A stretch of DNA of 64,000 nt from Cetorhinus maximus (Eukaryota), in contig NC_135892.1 in NCBI RefSeq assembly GCF_964194155.1, positions 61,070,001-61,134,000 on the forward strand, read 5' to 3'. The notes beneath the pieces were generated by a model. That model did no database searches and was not told the origin of the DNA. It worked only from the letters and a program-made list of their open reading frames with translations. How positions within the stretch are numbered: the stretch's first letter is position 1; every line of letters starts with the position of its first letter. The position numbers and the translations under genes are program-made. Below are positions 11,961 to 23,299 of the stretch, in pieces.

Positions 11961-12738
11961 AAAGTGCTTTGTAGCTGAAAACCAGTAAAACCAATGACCA
12001 GTCACAGGCTCAGCCAAATAAGTCTCACAGTCACAGTAGCAGTGGGAGAAGGGCTGTAGACTGACATAAAATATAGCAAGAGAACAGCAGGCCAGAGTAG
12101 GAAGCTGTGATGTGCAGTGTGGCCAATGTTGTCCAGTTCAGAAGGATGGTCTTGATGTCCAGGAGTCCAGAGAAATCCAGGAATGAATATCCAGATCCAG
12201 ACCTTTTCCATAGTTTGCAAGGAGTTGGCAGGGAGGGGGGTTTAAATTAACAGACAGAGGGCTTTTAAACTAATAGTTAACTTGAAGTTTCAACTAAAAT
12301 ACACCCATTATTAGAGTTAAGGTAACCAACACAGTTGAAGACAGGAAATTTGGGGGAGAAAGGGCAAAGGATAGCAATGCGTGACCAAGGATAAATGTGG
12401 ACAGTAAGGAGCTCCCTAGAGCTATCTCAGTGCCCATCATAATATCCCCTTATATAGTAGATTGTCAAATATTATTTGATAATACTTCTGTAAAGCACCT
12501 TGGGATGTTTTACCACATGTTGCTGTAGGCCATGGTCATTATGATAGACACCAGTAATATTGTTGATGACCTGGTTTGGGACTCCATTTGAGCCTGTTAC
12601 AAGTAACACACTACTTCTCCTCATTGTTGCCTAATAGCTGAGTTGGGTAAGGCTTCCTACACATTGCCCCTTTCCTCCCTACTCTTCTCCAAGTCTTCCA
12701 AACACCAATACAAAAGAACAACCAGGAGACAAATAATG

Positions 12739-12954
12739 TAGCTGAATTTTCTAGCTGGCAGGGGGGGCGGATCAGGAGCGGGCGTGGGCGTGGGTGGGTG
12801 CAATGGCGGGCGCGCATCGGAGAGCATCGCGTGCCCGCCCAACGAAATATCGCGATGGTGCGCGGTGACTTCAGGACGCTAGCCCGACATCACTGCGTGT
12901 AAATTTATGTGCGTGCAGGGCCCGCCCCCGCACGCCAACGGGAAAATTCTGCCC
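12739..12954. mobile_element. Short CpG-rich Harbinger-type MITE
   Basis: Termini TAGCTGAATTTT and GAAAATTCTGCCC; 3-bp flanks ATG/ATA; subterminal similarity to 58820-59442. Confidence 0.75.
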
Positions 12955-13320
12955 ATAATTGCAAAGCAAACAATCAGTCCTGCACTTCCAAAATGTCGTT
13001 CTGTAACTCAGTAATCAGTTCCCCCACAATCAAATGCTTCAAAAACCCCAAAAGACCATCAGCAGCCTAGTAGGGAAAATCAGCGACTTAGCTGACTGAA
13101 GGTGATGATCACTTTGAATTGTGCTCCCACATTTTTCTTCCTGGCCATTGTTGCCATGATTTTCTGGCTGAGCTGCTGGAACGTTGAATCAGGCATTGAT
13201 ACCAAATACCAATTTTATAAAGCGTCCCTACAACCAGAGTAGGATGCATATTTAAATATTACAATGAGCTCTGTGCCTGTTTACAGTGATGGTGGAATGC
13301 ACAGTGATGCAGTGATCTTT

Positions 13321-13451
13321 AGCTCTGAAGAAGAGTCATATGGTTTTGAAACGTTTACTCTGTTTCTCTCTCCACAGATGCTGCAGACTTGCTGAGTTTT
13401 TCCAGCATTTTCTGTTTATATTTCAGATTTCCAGCATCTGCAGTGTTTGCT
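13321..13451 (+). mobile_element. Penelope 3' end fragment starting with a hammerhead motif
   Basis: CTGAAGA-AGAGTC(atat)GGTTTT-GAAACGTT, then the CCACAGATGCTGCAGACTTGCTGAG..TTCCAGCATCTGCAGT tail shared with 9080-9169. Confidence 0.8.
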
Positions 13452-14885
13452 GGAGAAGGCCCTGGATCAGTACAGGATTCCCAACCCAATGGTTCTGGTG
13501 CAGAATGAACGTGCAATATAATGTGTCACACAATATATTGCACCCAATCTTCCCTGGAATTGTTTTTCAAGTGCACATCCAATTTCTTTAAGTGTCAGAC
13601 CCCTTTAAATTGTATTTGCAGTCACACTTGCACAGTACTTGAAAGGAGCTGACGTGTGCAAGTTCCGCAAAGGAACTTTTGGGCTGCATAGCGTGCAACT
13701 TAGAGCGGGCCCCAAAATTGGGTGCTGGGCAATTAAATTTTTCAGCCCTTAACTCAGGTCAGGTCTGTCTTTTTCTTAGAATTCCAAACACGCCGGGGCT
13801 TGGAATCAGTCTTCAGCAACACAACAAAAGCGGCTGATACTGAGTCAGCAGCTCAGTTCACACACTGCCCGATTTAGTTTGGTGTTATTGTCAAAGACCA
13901 TCAACATCCCCACTATACTTATACAGCTAAAGGTGCCTATATTGCAGATACAACTTCTACTGCGAGTATCTTGTTCAACAAATAATTGAGTAATTTCATA
14001 CTATCATACTGATATTTATTATGCACAGGCAATTTCATACATAATAGTGAGATTGCAGAAACAGTGGAACATTCTGAATTTGAAGAAAGGCACAGTAGCT
14101 GCCATCAGCATCTGTAACAGCTGCTGACTTTGCTTATAATCAATGTAGCACTAATACAGTCAGCAACTTTCAGCAACATTTTTTGAAATATGATTAGACA
14201 GAAGCATGAGCAATTAAATTTTTCCCCCTGTATGTCTGACCTTTGGTTCCTGTCCTGTGATGAATTTCCACGGATTTCAGATACTTGGATGTGGTAAGTC
14301 AAATGAAAATGGAAGTACCGTCACAGGTTGGTTACTACAAATACATTCTACCTGGCAACAATTTATTACAACCGTGAAACAGTTAGCGATTAGCAAAAAA
14401 AAGGTTAGGAAGAAACCACTCATTATATTCGCATTACGTTAATTTTAAGAAGGTTTAACAGCTGTTGCAAGTAGTGGTGTCGATACTAAAACTGTTGGAT
14501 TCAATAGAGCTGAGCTAAATATAGCACCAATGCTCCAATGAACTGTAATAAATAAGACATTATGCAAAACAATACGAGAGCTCTCATTGTGCATCAGTGC
14601 TTTTATTAGTGAAAAGGAACCTGAAGGGCAGTTGTGGGGGCGGTTTCGCACTGACTGTTATGTTTAAGCAGGAAACACTTGGGCGGTGAATTGCCTCACT
14701 GTTTTTGACATATTTCTGATGCATGATTGGGGCAAGTTATTCTTTTTGGCAGGAAAAAAATTGAACAGCAGCCATTTCTGCCATTAAATCACTCCAGCCA
14801 AATTCCCTCCTGTTTATTGGCCCTTCCACCCACTGTGTGTTCCAAGTATCCTTATTTACATATATTATTGTAGTAATTATGCCTT

Positions 14886-15100
14886 TGTTAAATGTTGGAC
14901 TGTACTCTTAAGAATAGTCCTGTGACGTAAGATCACATGATCTGTGGAAACCAATGTGTTAGCAGCATGGGGTGCCTCCTCAGACAGTGCAGAGATAGAG
15001 ATGGAGCTGAAAGCACGTGTGTAGTTGGTGCTGGCTGTTTGGAAATAAACTTATTGTTTCCACTTAGAAAGTTGTCTGCAGATCAACTCCATTAATAATA
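14886..15100 (+). mobile_element. Possible short solo LTR (Gypsy-like)
   Basis: Starts TGTTA, contains GATCACATGATC and AATAAA, ends TAATA; TSD not convincing. Confidence 0.35.
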
Positions 15101-15666
15101 GGGGCCTTGGCCACACTACAATTATCCTAATGAGGGCCAGTGACACTGCAGCTTCCAGCTTCCTGGAGGGAAACTTTCCCGGGCAAATGAAAGCGGGTTT
15201 GGGTGCTAGTGGGGAGTTAAATTCCCTGAAATTGTTGTCTCACCGGGATTCCAACATCATCCCACTCTCTTCTAGTTTTCCCAGAGGTACGAGTAAAGAT
15301 GAAAGGGTTGATCTATCGGGTACCTTGTTCAAAAACCTTTTAAGAACTATTTTCGCCCACTCTTCTGCATTTCCCAGGCAGGAAACGTGTTTCTTGATCT
15401 GGCAGTAGCTCACCAAGGCCACAGAGGTGACCGCGCAGTAGGAAGAGCTTCTTCAGTGAAAGAAACATGCTTGGGAAGGCTTGGATCAGTGAAACTGAAG
15501 AGCTCCAGCCATGACCAGGTGAGAAACTGCTGTTCAAAACACTCCTCATCTCAGTGGGTGCTACCACTGCTTGACAGGTGATTTACAACTTCTTGGAAGG
15601 CACTTCACCTGTCTACACTTCACTCACCTTCAGCTGCGCTTCCCTGATGTCAGCTTTCACCATGGT

Positions 15667-15960
15667 ATGGGAACTGTTTATTCAGCTTCACCTTGCACCT
15701 CTGAGGGGAAAGAGCAGAAACCACATCACCACCGACAGGATCAGCAACAGCTTGAGCAGCACCAGCAGCGGCTGCCTCCTCCTCAGCTGCTTGCTCCTGT
15801 ACAGGCCAGAGATCCAGCTGGAAGGAACAGAGGCCCCCAACACAGGCTATACAGGCAGAGGGCCAGCTCTCTCAGTGTGTGTGCACCAGTGCCTCAGGCT
15901 GTCAGGGCAGGTCATTGCTGACACCTGCAGCCCCGTTCAAGACCTCCTTCCTGGTGACTG
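15667..15960 (+). pseudogene. HARBI1-type Harbinger transposase N-terminal relic
   Basis: MGTVYS...QQQ..PQHRLYRQRASSLS / QCLRLSGQVIADTCSPVQDLLP resembles the R.YR.R.S.L.MSE.QC.RRLRLSR..V..IC HARBI1 N-terminus; frameshifted. Confidence 0.7.
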
Positions 15961-16299
15961 ATAGCTGTTACTGGACAGCCACCCCTAGGTCTCTGCCCCC
16001 ACTAAGGTTATATGCTCTCTTTTCCTCAAGGAGAGTAAACAGGGGATGTGAGTGTTTGAAATGGCTTGTGTGGGACAGGAAGGAAGGACAACATTGTGGA
16101 GGGTGACTGTGAGGCATGGCTATGAAGGGGCAATAGTATAAGTATGCATGTGAGTGTTCGCTGCTCAAATGGTGATGCGAGGTGCCTGCAGAGAAAGGAA
16201 TGAGTGGAGCTGCAAGGTGTGTTGTCCTAAGGCGTGTTCTGCAGGAGAATGCTGGGAAAGTCAGAGTCTGGGGCTTAGCACTTGAAATTGTATGTCATT

Positions 16300-16535
16300 C
16301 ACTGATCATGTCCTCCTGAGGTCCTGAATCATCTTGGTGCACAGTCTTCAAATTGGAGGGACCACATTTCTGCTGTTGACTACCTCGGTCTCTTCAATCC
16401 ATGCCTGCTTGGTTGGAGAGGCTGACCTCTTTCTCCTGACCTTGGACAAGCTCACCTCACTGCAGCTACTCAGACCCTGCAGCAGTACCCACAGGTAAGA
16501 ATGAGAGACCCAGGGAGCAGACTTCCCTCCAGTCC
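16300..16535 (-). pseudogene. Myb/SANT-like Harbinger gene relic
   Basis: Reverse translation GKSAPWVSHSYLWVLLQGL..VRRKRSASPTKQAWIEETEVVNSRNVVPPI*RLCTKMIQDLRRT. Confidence 0.75.
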
Positions 16536-17099
16536 TGTGGTTGCTGCAACCTTAAAAGCCCACATGCTAGGGAGCCCTTGTAACCCATGTTGTGGACCCT
16601 TTAATAAGAAATATTCCATTTGACAGATTGGAGGCAACATCCCACTCGACCAGCTTGATTAGTCAGTGAGCCTGGAGGTGGGATACTAATACGGTGGCCA
16701 TGTTAAAGAGACCTGGCTAAGCAGGCCAATTAATAAATCGAATTCCCAATCTTAAAATAGTCCTGCCATTCTGGCAGGGAAGAAGCTCAGAAGATTCTGC
16801 TGCTGCTTTTCCATTTGCAATGTACTCCATGTAACTTTGAATGAGAATGATAAGTTACTGCCTCTGCCAAGATGAGCTGAGAGGTGGTGGAAGTGAAGAG
16901 TTTCGGAGCCTAGAGTTTCACCGGTGATTCCTGCAGCTGAGATACTGTTTTGCTGCATTATTTATTTCTTTTTTGACCATTCTGCCTAAATGGATGTAGA
17001 CTTGCTGCTACTGCTTCTGACAGAGTCAGATCATTTCCCCCTCCCACCCAACAACTTACCTATAGTAAGAGCTTCTCAGGAGCCACTGTGGCATTTCCT

Positions 17100-17660
17100 C
17101 TGAGCATAACTTTGCATGGCATTGTCAGGAAGGAGAAGCAGCAGTGGCACAGGATGTCAAAGGAATAGTCAGGCAGCATTTCAGGAGGATGCACCCCACC
17201 AGTTATTGCCTCTCTCATGGAATATACAGAAAACATGAGAATTAACTGAGGAGATGCATAGTACAGGAGAACCTGCAACCATACTACTCTCTTGCATTGG
17301 TTTTTAGCCAGTCTGATGAAATCTCTGCAATATCAACTAGGGCATATGCACTTTAGCTGAGATTAGGGATAATAATCACCTTACATATCGCAGCAAGATA
17401 CAGCAAACCGGGTAGCTACCTTCCCAAGGTCCAGGGTGCAGTCAATGACATCCCTTGTTTTGTGACCCTCCCACAGAACAACTTCCCAACTGCCTCAACA
17501 GGAAAGGTTAAGTCACTCAATATACAGATTGCGTCTGACTTGGTACAAAGATCCTTCATGTATTTGGAACATATGCTGGACGTTGTCACAATGCTCCAAC
17601 TGGAGATGTGGGTACTGCTGAGAGGGGTCAGTTACTGTGAAGGCATCTTCGTATGGTTCC
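17100..17660 (+). pseudogene. HARBI1-type DDE transposase relic
   Basis: FPKVQGAVND..CLNRKG*KSLNIQIASD..ILHVFGTYAGRCHNA compared with the HARBI1 pattern FP.V.GAIDCTH..NRKG.HSLNVQ.VCD..I..V.A..PGS.HDA. Confidence 0.75.
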
Positions 17661-17676
17661 AAATCAAAAATTATTT

Positions 17677-18033
17677 GGGCCGAAGCTGGTAGGCCTCTTG
17701 GAGCAGAGGAGAAAGCCTTTAGGCCATGATTGTAGCTTTTCCTGCTTATGGCCCCATCATTGAGGCATGGAGCACCTGGCCGTAATGGCCTCCTTAGCTG
17801 CCACAAGGAGGTTGCCTCTATTGAGTTGTTGGTGACCGCATGCGGAGGAGGGGCTGCTCGAGGCAGCAAAATACTGGTGAGTCCGCAAAGTAGCTCCTAT
17901 TCGGGGCCTTAATCACCTTAATTGGCTGCCTCTCTTTGTGGAACCAGGGAGCCATTACAATGTGCTCCTCCCTATCTCCCCCACCTCCTTTCACCTATAA
18001 ACCTGCCACCAGGAGGCTTGGAAAATTCCACCC
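17677..18033. mobile_element. Harbinger-type MITE
   Basis: Starts GGGCCGAA, ends GAAAATTCCACCC; internal CCTTAATTGGC motif. Confidence 0.6.
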
Positions 18034-18036
18034 ATG

Positions 18037-18834
18037 GGTCAGAATTTAATGCCCTCCCCCAAGATGCATTTGGAGGCTGGGGGACATTTAATTGGGCTAG
18101 AGGGTATGAGGGGGAGACACTGCTGCCTGTGCCCTGACTAAGCCTGGGCAGGAAAACTCATTAATGCCCACTTAAGGGCCTCATCCCACTGCCACTGGTA
18201 TTCAGCCAGTAGCAGGTGGGGCAGTCGCCACATGGGGAGACTGAAAAGCAAATCCTGTCAAGTTGGCTTGCGGGTTCCTGGCAGGGTGGGGGGTCCCTCA
18301 TTCAAAGGCAGGTAGTGAGAGCCCACTGAGAGGCATCCTTTGCACTTTCTTCTGACAGCCCCCAGCTAATGACCCACACCGGCTCCCCACCCCCGTGCCC
18401 CCCCCCCCCCCCCCCCCCCCGCGATTCCATCCCGCCTTCAGTCAACTGTGGCCTGGATCCCTCACAGATCCTGGGCCTCTGGTGGGTTCATTGCTGTCAG
18501 TTACCACCTCTCCCAGTTGCACTGCCTGCAATGGAGAGCTGCCAGCATCGGATTGGCTGCCAGCACTTAGAGTGGGAGTGGGGGTGGGGTTGGTGGGGTG
18601 GGGGTGGGGTGGGGGGGTGGTGGGTGGGGGAGTGGTGGGGGCAGTGGAAGGTGGTGGGATTTCCATCCCAGTGTCCTTGATCCTGTTGAAGGCCCGCCAC
18701 TGAGTCTGAGAGGCGCTTATTACAGTGGGACTTCCCCAAAGGGGGTGTGTGCTCTTGCCAGTTCTCCAGCAGGGGGCTGAGACACCACCCCCCACCCCCC
18801 AACCCAACCCATTGCCTGAATTTAATTTTGTCCC
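18037..18834. mobile_element. Harbinger-type MITE with C23 run and (GGGGT)n tract
   Basis: Termini GGTCAGAATTTAAT and TTAATTTTGTCCC; separated from the previous MITE by 3 bp (ATG). Confidence 0.7.
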
Positions 18835-18854
18835 TTCGTGTCTGTTTTTTCAAA

Positions 18855-20720
18855 AGAGGGGGAACAAAAGACATTGTAGTTAAGGAGAAGGCGTGTGAAA
18901 TATTGGATAGGATAAAAGCAGTGAGAGGAAAAATAGGCATTTAAATATAGGAAAGAAGGTGTTTAGCATCCTTGAAAATGGTAAATCACCAGGCTAAGAT
19001 GAACTGTATCCCCTCCTGGTAAGAAAAGCAAGGATAAAAAGAATGGAGACTCTGACTATCATTTTCCAATTCCCTCTGGTGACAAGTGTGGTGGAAGAAG
19101 GGCTAGTCCAAGTAATGACAGGCCAGTCAGCCTAACTGCAATAGTGGACAAATTATTGGAAAAAATTCTGAGACAATATAAACTATAATTTAGAAAAGCA
19201 CAGATTGGTCAAGGATAGTCAGCATGGATTTGTTTAGGGAAGGTCGTTTCTGACTAAATTGAATTTTTGAGGAGATTGATGAGGATAATGCGTTTGATGT
19301 CATCTACATGATTTTAGCAAGACTTTTGACAAGGTCCCTGCCTGGCAGACTAGCCAGAAAATTAAAAGCTCAATGTGTTCAAGGGAAAGGATCCAAAATT
19401 AACTCAGTGGCAAGAAGCAAAGGTCAATGGGTATTTTTGTTACTAAAAGGCTATTTTTAGTGTGAATCTGCAGGGCTCAGTACTGGGCCTCTTGCAGTTC
19501 ATGGTTTATATTAATGATTTAAACTTAAATGGCAGGCCATGATTAAGGGGTTTGCAGATGACATGAAAGTTGGCTGTGAGGAAGAAAGCTGTAGACTGCA
19601 AGAAGTTATCCATGGACTGGTCAGGGGAGCAGAAAAGTGACAAATGGATTTCAATCCAGAGAAAGGTGAGGTAAGGCATTGATGAAGGGCAAACAAGGCA
19701 AGGAAATATAAAATAAATGATAAGATACTGTTATGGACAGGGTAAGAGAACTGCTGAAATCCCTGCTCCTTTCCCAACTGTCTGAAATCAGTGAGCTTTT
19801 GAGAGGAAGCTGTTTGTGATTTTTTTAAACCCCTGAATGTGTGGACAATTAGAATAACTAGCAGCAAGCTTTTCATGCACTTAAATAAATAATGATGATT
19901 GTCTTGTTCTGGAAAGCATACCCTGCAGACCTGATGAAAAGACATCTTCACTCCTGAGGTATAATTTGGGTGAATTCAACAGCCAAAGTCTTAAGCCAAA
20001 GTTATTTTCAGGATTTCCTTGAAGAGATAGACTTTCTGCAGGTGATGAAGTTAGTTGCTTGTAGTCTCGTTACCAGGGGGTCAGTTTGCTGTATTGGTAG
20101 GCCCAAAATGGAAGAGGCTTAGAGACCTTGCAATGTTACAGTTTTCAGTTCTTTAAGGCACAGATGTTACTGCCTTATCTACTGTGTATCTCCTTCTGCA
20201 GACAGAATTTAAAGATTAAAAGGAGACATAGCTGCCTTGCCCTCACAGTTCCTTTTCAAAATATGGTAGTGGTCTTAGATTGATTAGCCACATCCTGCTT
20301 TATTCTTTTAAGACACTCAACCTGAGGGAGTTAAAGCAATCATCTTTGTTTAAAAAAAGACCATTTCAATGCAGGAATGCCTTCTGATGGCCTCAGGATG
20401 TGTGTAGTTAACACTTTTTCATCTGAGATGAGTCCTGTTGTCTCTGTTAGACAGTAAGTCTGTTTTTGAATACAAAGGCCAGGTCAGCTGACCTTCAGAA
20501 GCTATCTTTGAAGCACATTGTCCATATTTTAAAGGAAAAGTCGATTTCAAAGAGTCCACACTGAATAAAGTTTGTATCTTAAGAGTTAGGAATATGACAC
20601 ACCGTTTCTGGGCATGACAATATTGAGAAATGTAACAGAATAGAGGGACCTTGAACTGTGTGTCCACAGATAGTTGAAGGTAGCAGGATATTTAGATAAG
20701 GTGGTGCATATGGGATACTT
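18855..20720 (+). mobile_element. CR1 LINE ORF2 relic interrupted by a solo LTR
   Basis: [45 protein letters not shown] and WQMDFNPEK motifs; resumes at 20620. Confidence 0.9.
19729..20619. mobile_element. Solo LTR (family B) with 4-bp TSD
   Basis: Termini TGTTATGG...GGCATGACA; flanks ATAC (19725-19728) and ATAT (20620-20623); CR1 is contiguous once it is removed. Confidence 0.8.
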
Positions 20721-20836
20721 CAGGGCTTCTGTAGCACCAACACTAGCTAAATGGGTAGAGGTGCATAAATTCACAAATTAATACGAGTAGCAATGCAGAT
20801 TAGCAAAGCCATTTAAAAAATGCAAGCAAAACACCA

Positions 20837-21450
20837 GGGCAGAATTTGTTGCTTGGTGTGCAGGCGCCCGATGACCTGCTCGAGCGTGAAATAGCACATG
20901 ATGATGTCAAGCGATATTGTGCGATATTTCGGTTGGCGGGCGTGTGCGAGAGTCAGCAGCGTGCCCGCCGACAAGTAAGAGGCCTATTAAAGCCATTAAT
21001 GTAACAATCAACGGTGATTTGTCGTTGTCTGTCCAACATTTTGAGGAAACCTTATCCAAGGGTGGGATGAGGTTTCCGATATTAATTTTAAAAATGGTAA
21101 AAATGTTTGACAGAATTTACATCAGCCATATGTTCAGGTGGCTGCTCTTGGTGCATGTACATTTTTTCTGGCATTTGAAAATCTTTATTTATGGCTTTTG
21201 AATTCTTCAGCTCCCTGAGGCAGTTCTCTGCCTTCAGGGAGTTTTCTGTGAGCGCTCCTCCACGCCCATGCTGGCTTCTGCACTCAGCCCCCCTCCCGCC
21301 CCCACTCCGGCAGCTCTGAGCACTTCAGCGCATCTTTCACACTAGCTGGCTGTTAATTGGGCAGCCAGTGTGAAATTGCAGTAGGGGGCTGATCGCGGGC
21401 AGCCACCCATTTTCCAGCCACTCCCGCCCCCGCATGCCAGACTCAAAATC
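20837..21450. mobile_element. Harbinger-type MITE in CR1, right terminal inverted repeat (TIR) truncated
   Basis: Starts GGGCAGAATTT; homologous to 49971-50640 and 58820-59442; ends at ACTCAAAATC. Confidence 0.8.
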
Positions 21451-21945
21451 TCCATATGATAAAAAGGATATCGACACTGTGGAGAAAGTGTAAAAATGAT
21501 CTACAAGGATGATACCATAACTGAGAACTTATAGTTATCAGGAAACGATGAAGTTCAATTCTCTTGAGGTCTGAGACGTGACTTAATAGGGTTCTTTAAA
21601 ACTATAAAAGTATTTAGGAGGGTAGATGTGGAGACAATGTCTCCACTTGTGGAGGAGTACTAAAGTAAGGGCCATTAGTATAAGATAGTCAGTAATAAAT
21701 CCAATAAGGAATTCAGGAGAATTGACTTTACTCAGAGAGTGGTGAGAATATGGAACTTTTTATTGCATGGGATGGTTGGGGCAAATAGCATAGATGCATT
21801 TAAGGGCAAACAAGAGAAGTATATGAGGCAGAAAAGAATAGGTTATGTTCACAGGGTGAGATGAATTAAGGTGGGAGGAAGATCATGTGGAGGGTAAACA
21901 CTGGCAATGATCTGTACTGTAAAATTCTATGCAAATCTATGTAGT
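21451..21945 (+). mobile_element. CR1 3' fragment
   Basis: KKDIDTVEKV..RMIP..LRRDLI..FK..FRR..FTQRVVRIWN motifs and a tail. Confidence 0.85.
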
Positions 21946-22537
21946 TACTATTAGGGGAAATGACAGCCACTGTCCAAGGTTCTGAGCTAGAATTGGTGTC
22001 CCTTAACCAGGGTGCATTATGGATGGTCATTTGTACAAGTGACATTTAAGAGGGTGAAGAATATGCTAGTGGGCAGGAAGAAAAGAGAGAGTGTTAATTG
22101 GGTTACCTTGCCTATATGAGTGACATAATTGAACTTTAATGGCATTTCTGACAATTTTTCTGCCACAGGTACCCACAATCAATGTCTCCTGATATCACCT
22201 TGCTTGAAGGTCAGAATGCGTGAAATTGTGACATATTCTTCTGTGCCAGTGTCTGTGCCAGCTGCTCCTGTAGTAGTCATTTGTGACAAGCATTAGAAAA
22301 AGCTTCATAGATATGCATTCAAAATTAGCTTCCTTTACTCACTGTCCTTTACTCACCTCCTTCTTTCCCAGTCTCTTGCTAGTGTATTTAACCAACACTG
22401 CTGAAATAATGCATTGCCCAGCAATGATTAAATTTGCAACGGGGCCATAAGACAGCTGTTAGGACCATGATTTCCATATTCAAGTCACCAAATATCTGTT
22501 TCAGGCAAGTGCTGCATACATTTGGAAGTTTTATTTA

Positions 22538-22720
22538 GCAGCCAGTAGACTTCTGTGAAATCGCAGTCGGGGGCCAATGGTTGGCAGCTGCTCGTTTTCT
22601 GGCCACTCCCGCACCCACACGCCAAACTCAAAATCCTGTCCTAGGATTCATTGGTGTGCCACACTTGGAGTACTGTGTACATTTCTGATCTCTGTATGAT
22701 AAAAAGGATATAGACACATA
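22538..22720 (+). repeat. Duplicated MITE-right-end/CR1 junction (paralog of 21361-21480)
   Basis: Shares GTGAAAT.GCAGT.GGGG..CCACTCCCGC..ACTCAAAATC and ATGATAAAAAGGATAT.GACAC with 21361-21480. Confidence 0.75.
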
Positions 22721-23299
22721 AAGAGATCAGGTGCTTGAGACTGAAACTGGAAATCCAGCCCACAAAACCCATTTTTTGACGAGAAGACAGGTGCCACAAT
22801 ACTAAATTTCTCATCCTTTTTATTTCCGTCCAATATTCCCAAGGGACAATGCCAAGTAAAGCACAGTTACTGCTCCAACTTTTTTTTAGAACTTCAGAGA
22901 TTCCTTGGAACTTTTGCCTGGGGAACTTTGGAAGAGTCGGGTTCACTAGTGTAAACTATCCAATTGGTTGCTATTTAGAGATAGGGTATGTTACACAATA
23001 AGGTAACTTTAACTGCAATGTTGTACTAAAAAATGAAACATTTTGAGCTTCATGTGTCACAATATAGTTCATTGTTATAAAAGTCAGTGATTATCATATT
23101 TTTTTCAAAGAAGTCAGCAACATCTCAGCATGTATGTAATTATTTCCAAGATAATTCGATTTTAAAGTTTTACTTTTGTGCAGTGTTTGCAAGTGATATC
23201 TGTATGGATATACACTTGGTACCTATGCAAAATATGTCTAATGACGAAATAAACCTTATCAATGGGAACTGCTTCCTTGTAGTGTTCCATTATTTCTGC

